From the human T2T-CHM13v2.0 reference genome, Homo sapiens, in assembly GCF_009914755.1 (NCBI RefSeq), contig NC_060939.1: 64,000 bases of DNA. One strand, given 5' to 3'. This document shows positions 62,016 to 64,000 of the stretch, one piece after another; the first letter of the stretch is position 1, and every line of letters begins with the position of its first letter. The position numbers were made by a program, and so were the translations under genes. A model generated the notes under the pieces. The model ran no database searches and had not been told where the DNA came from. It saw only the letters and a list, made by a program, of their open reading frames with translations.

Positions 62016-62294
62016 GGCTGGGTGGGGTGGTTTATGCCTGTAATCCCAGCACTTTGGACGGCAAGGCGGGCAGATTACATGAGGCCAGCCTGGCTAACAT
62101 GGTGAAACCCTGTGTCAACTAAAAATACCAAAATTAGCCAGGCATGGTGGTTTGTGCCTGTAATCCCAGCTACTCAGGAGGCTGAAATGGGGAAATCGCT
62201 TGAACTCAGGAAGTGGAAGTTGCAGTGAGCCAAGATCTCCCCACTGTACTCCAGCCTGGGTGACAGAGTGAGACTCAAAAAAAAAAAAAAAAAA
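62016..62294 (+). mobile_element. Alu
   Basis: TSD aaaagtggcatt. Confidence 0.88.
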
Positions 62295-62763
62295 GTGGCA
62301 TTAAAAAATTATGATTCTGCATTATTGCCCTGGTTTGTTTCTGGTCTTTGACATTGCATCATGCTCCACCTTCTCTATAGGCAGGGTTGGATTATGGTTC
62401 TGGGTTTTCTGATTTGGAAGTTTAGGTGATGTTACATTGTTAGAATTAGAAAGTAATTGAGATTTTTGGGCATTTTGAAACTTGGACATTTCTTATAACA
62501 CATTCTTTTGTGTTTGTGAAGTTGTTTCTTATAGTTGGAAAGTGAAATTTGACTGCAAAGGCCAGGACATTCTGCTTCATGACTATTAATGATGTCAATA
62601 AATCTGGTTCAGAGGACTTTTTATTTATAAATACTGAATCCAGGAATAGGCTATGGATAATTAATGAAATAAAGCAGAAGTAGCCTTCTTGGCTGAGTGA
62701 GGGAAATATTTGTGTAAATTTTCAAGAGAGGAACCATGAAGTATTAGACTGGAAGGGAGCTAG

Positions 62764-63338
62764 TGAAGTGGCTACATTGACTGGCGTGTATACCCATGGT
62801 TTATCGTGTTGCGCCAGGAAAATTTAGGACATGGACACACACAAGGAGTTTCGGAGTGGAGGTTTAATAGACAGGAGAAAAGAGAAAGAAAAACAACTCT
62901 CTCTATTGAGAGAGAGGGGTCTTCTGAGTGGAAAGACGTGGCCGGTGGTGGATATGTCAGATTTTATAGTCAGGTTGGTGGAGGCGGTGTCTGATTTACA
63001 TAGGGCTCACAGATTGGTTTGATCAGGTATGATGTTTACATAGTGCATCAGGAAGGCTGGCCTCCCCACCCTCATCTTATTATGCAAATGAACTTTCCCC
63101 TTAGTTGGGGCCATCTTGTCTGCTCCTTACTGTACACATGGCTGACAAAGCAAAGGGAAAATGGAGCCGCCATCTTGAACATGATTGCCAGCATCTATGT
63201 CTGCAGCTCGATTTTACAGGCTGCTTTTGTTAGACAGGAAAATGATTTGGGGCTGCTTTTCATTAAAAGGAAAACCTTACCGAGGACTTCCATACCCTCA
63301 CTATCTGCCTAAGTAAATTTTTCTTAACTCTTGTATCA
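62764..63338 (-). mobile_element. MER4-group ERV1 solo LTR (MER50/MER61-like)
   Basis: Minus strand tgatacaagagttaag...ttaggcagatagtgaggg...cttca; near-TSD ctag/cttg. Confidence 0.7.
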
Positions 63339-63778
63339 CTTGGAGGCCAAATAACCTCAGACAGGGTGGCTGGAAACCAGAAACTTAGCCAGGCCTCCTC
63401 CTAGATTGCTCCTCCTGCCCCTGCCCCATGGGGCGCTTCCTATGGGGCTTTTCCCATGGAGATAGATATAGTGTCAGGACCATGAAAAACATGATTTTTC
63501 TTTTCTGGAAAGTGAGAAGTTTTGCTGTGATTCTATCATTCTGTGGACATTTAGAAAGAAAAGCAGGATGTGATGACTGGGTACACACCATAAAATATCT
63601 TCTTCCTTCCGTATGAAACATCAATATCTTACTTGGTGATTTCTTCTTCTCTTCAATCTAAAAAAAATCTATTTGAGTAATTTTTAAAATTTAAAATGTA
63701 CAGTGTATTAAAGAAAATTTGTGAAAAGTACATACAAAGAAGAGGGAAAATAATTATAATCATTAAAACCATTGCTAA

Positions 63779-64000
<222 letters not shown>

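Overview
Primate (almost certainly human) genomic DNA, about half transposon-derived. The locus is recognisable from translation as BLOC1S6 (pallidin/PLDN, BLOC-1 subunit 6). Coding exons 2-5 (296-437, 11262-11349, 13590-13676, 14557-14676) and a ~3.2 kb 3' UTR lie on the + strand; exon 1 is upstream of the window. About 25 kb downstream is a CpG-island promoter with a non-coding first exon (donor at 43269/43270), which from gene order is SQOR (SQRDL); its coding exons lie beyond the window. The rest is ~55 Alus, two 5'-truncated L1PA copies, old L1M, a decayed LTR16A/ERVL provirus, solo LTRs (THE1A, LTR12, MER21, MLT1/2, MST) and DNA-transposon fossils. I see no evidence for a new protein-coding system; apart from the exon-4 ORF, the ORF track is repeat-derived or spurious. 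The unexplained structure is a set of local rearrangement and retrotransposition scars: (1) a ~820 bp AT-rich quasi-palindrome with 128-bp 95%-identical arms; (2) an AluY+PSMB3 3'-end composite retrocopy; (3) head-to-head Alus with swapped TSDs, implying a micro-inversion; (4) two ~160-bp templated insertions copied from 2-3 kb away, one in the BLOC1S6 3' UTR; (5) an inverted RT segment inside the ERVL. There are also a Y3-RNA retrocopy next to the exon 2 acceptor, a strong candidate poison exon, and a THE1A LTR placed to act as an upstream SQOR promoter. Repeat subfamily names come from recalled consensus sequences, and repeat boundaries are approximate unless a TSD is quoted.
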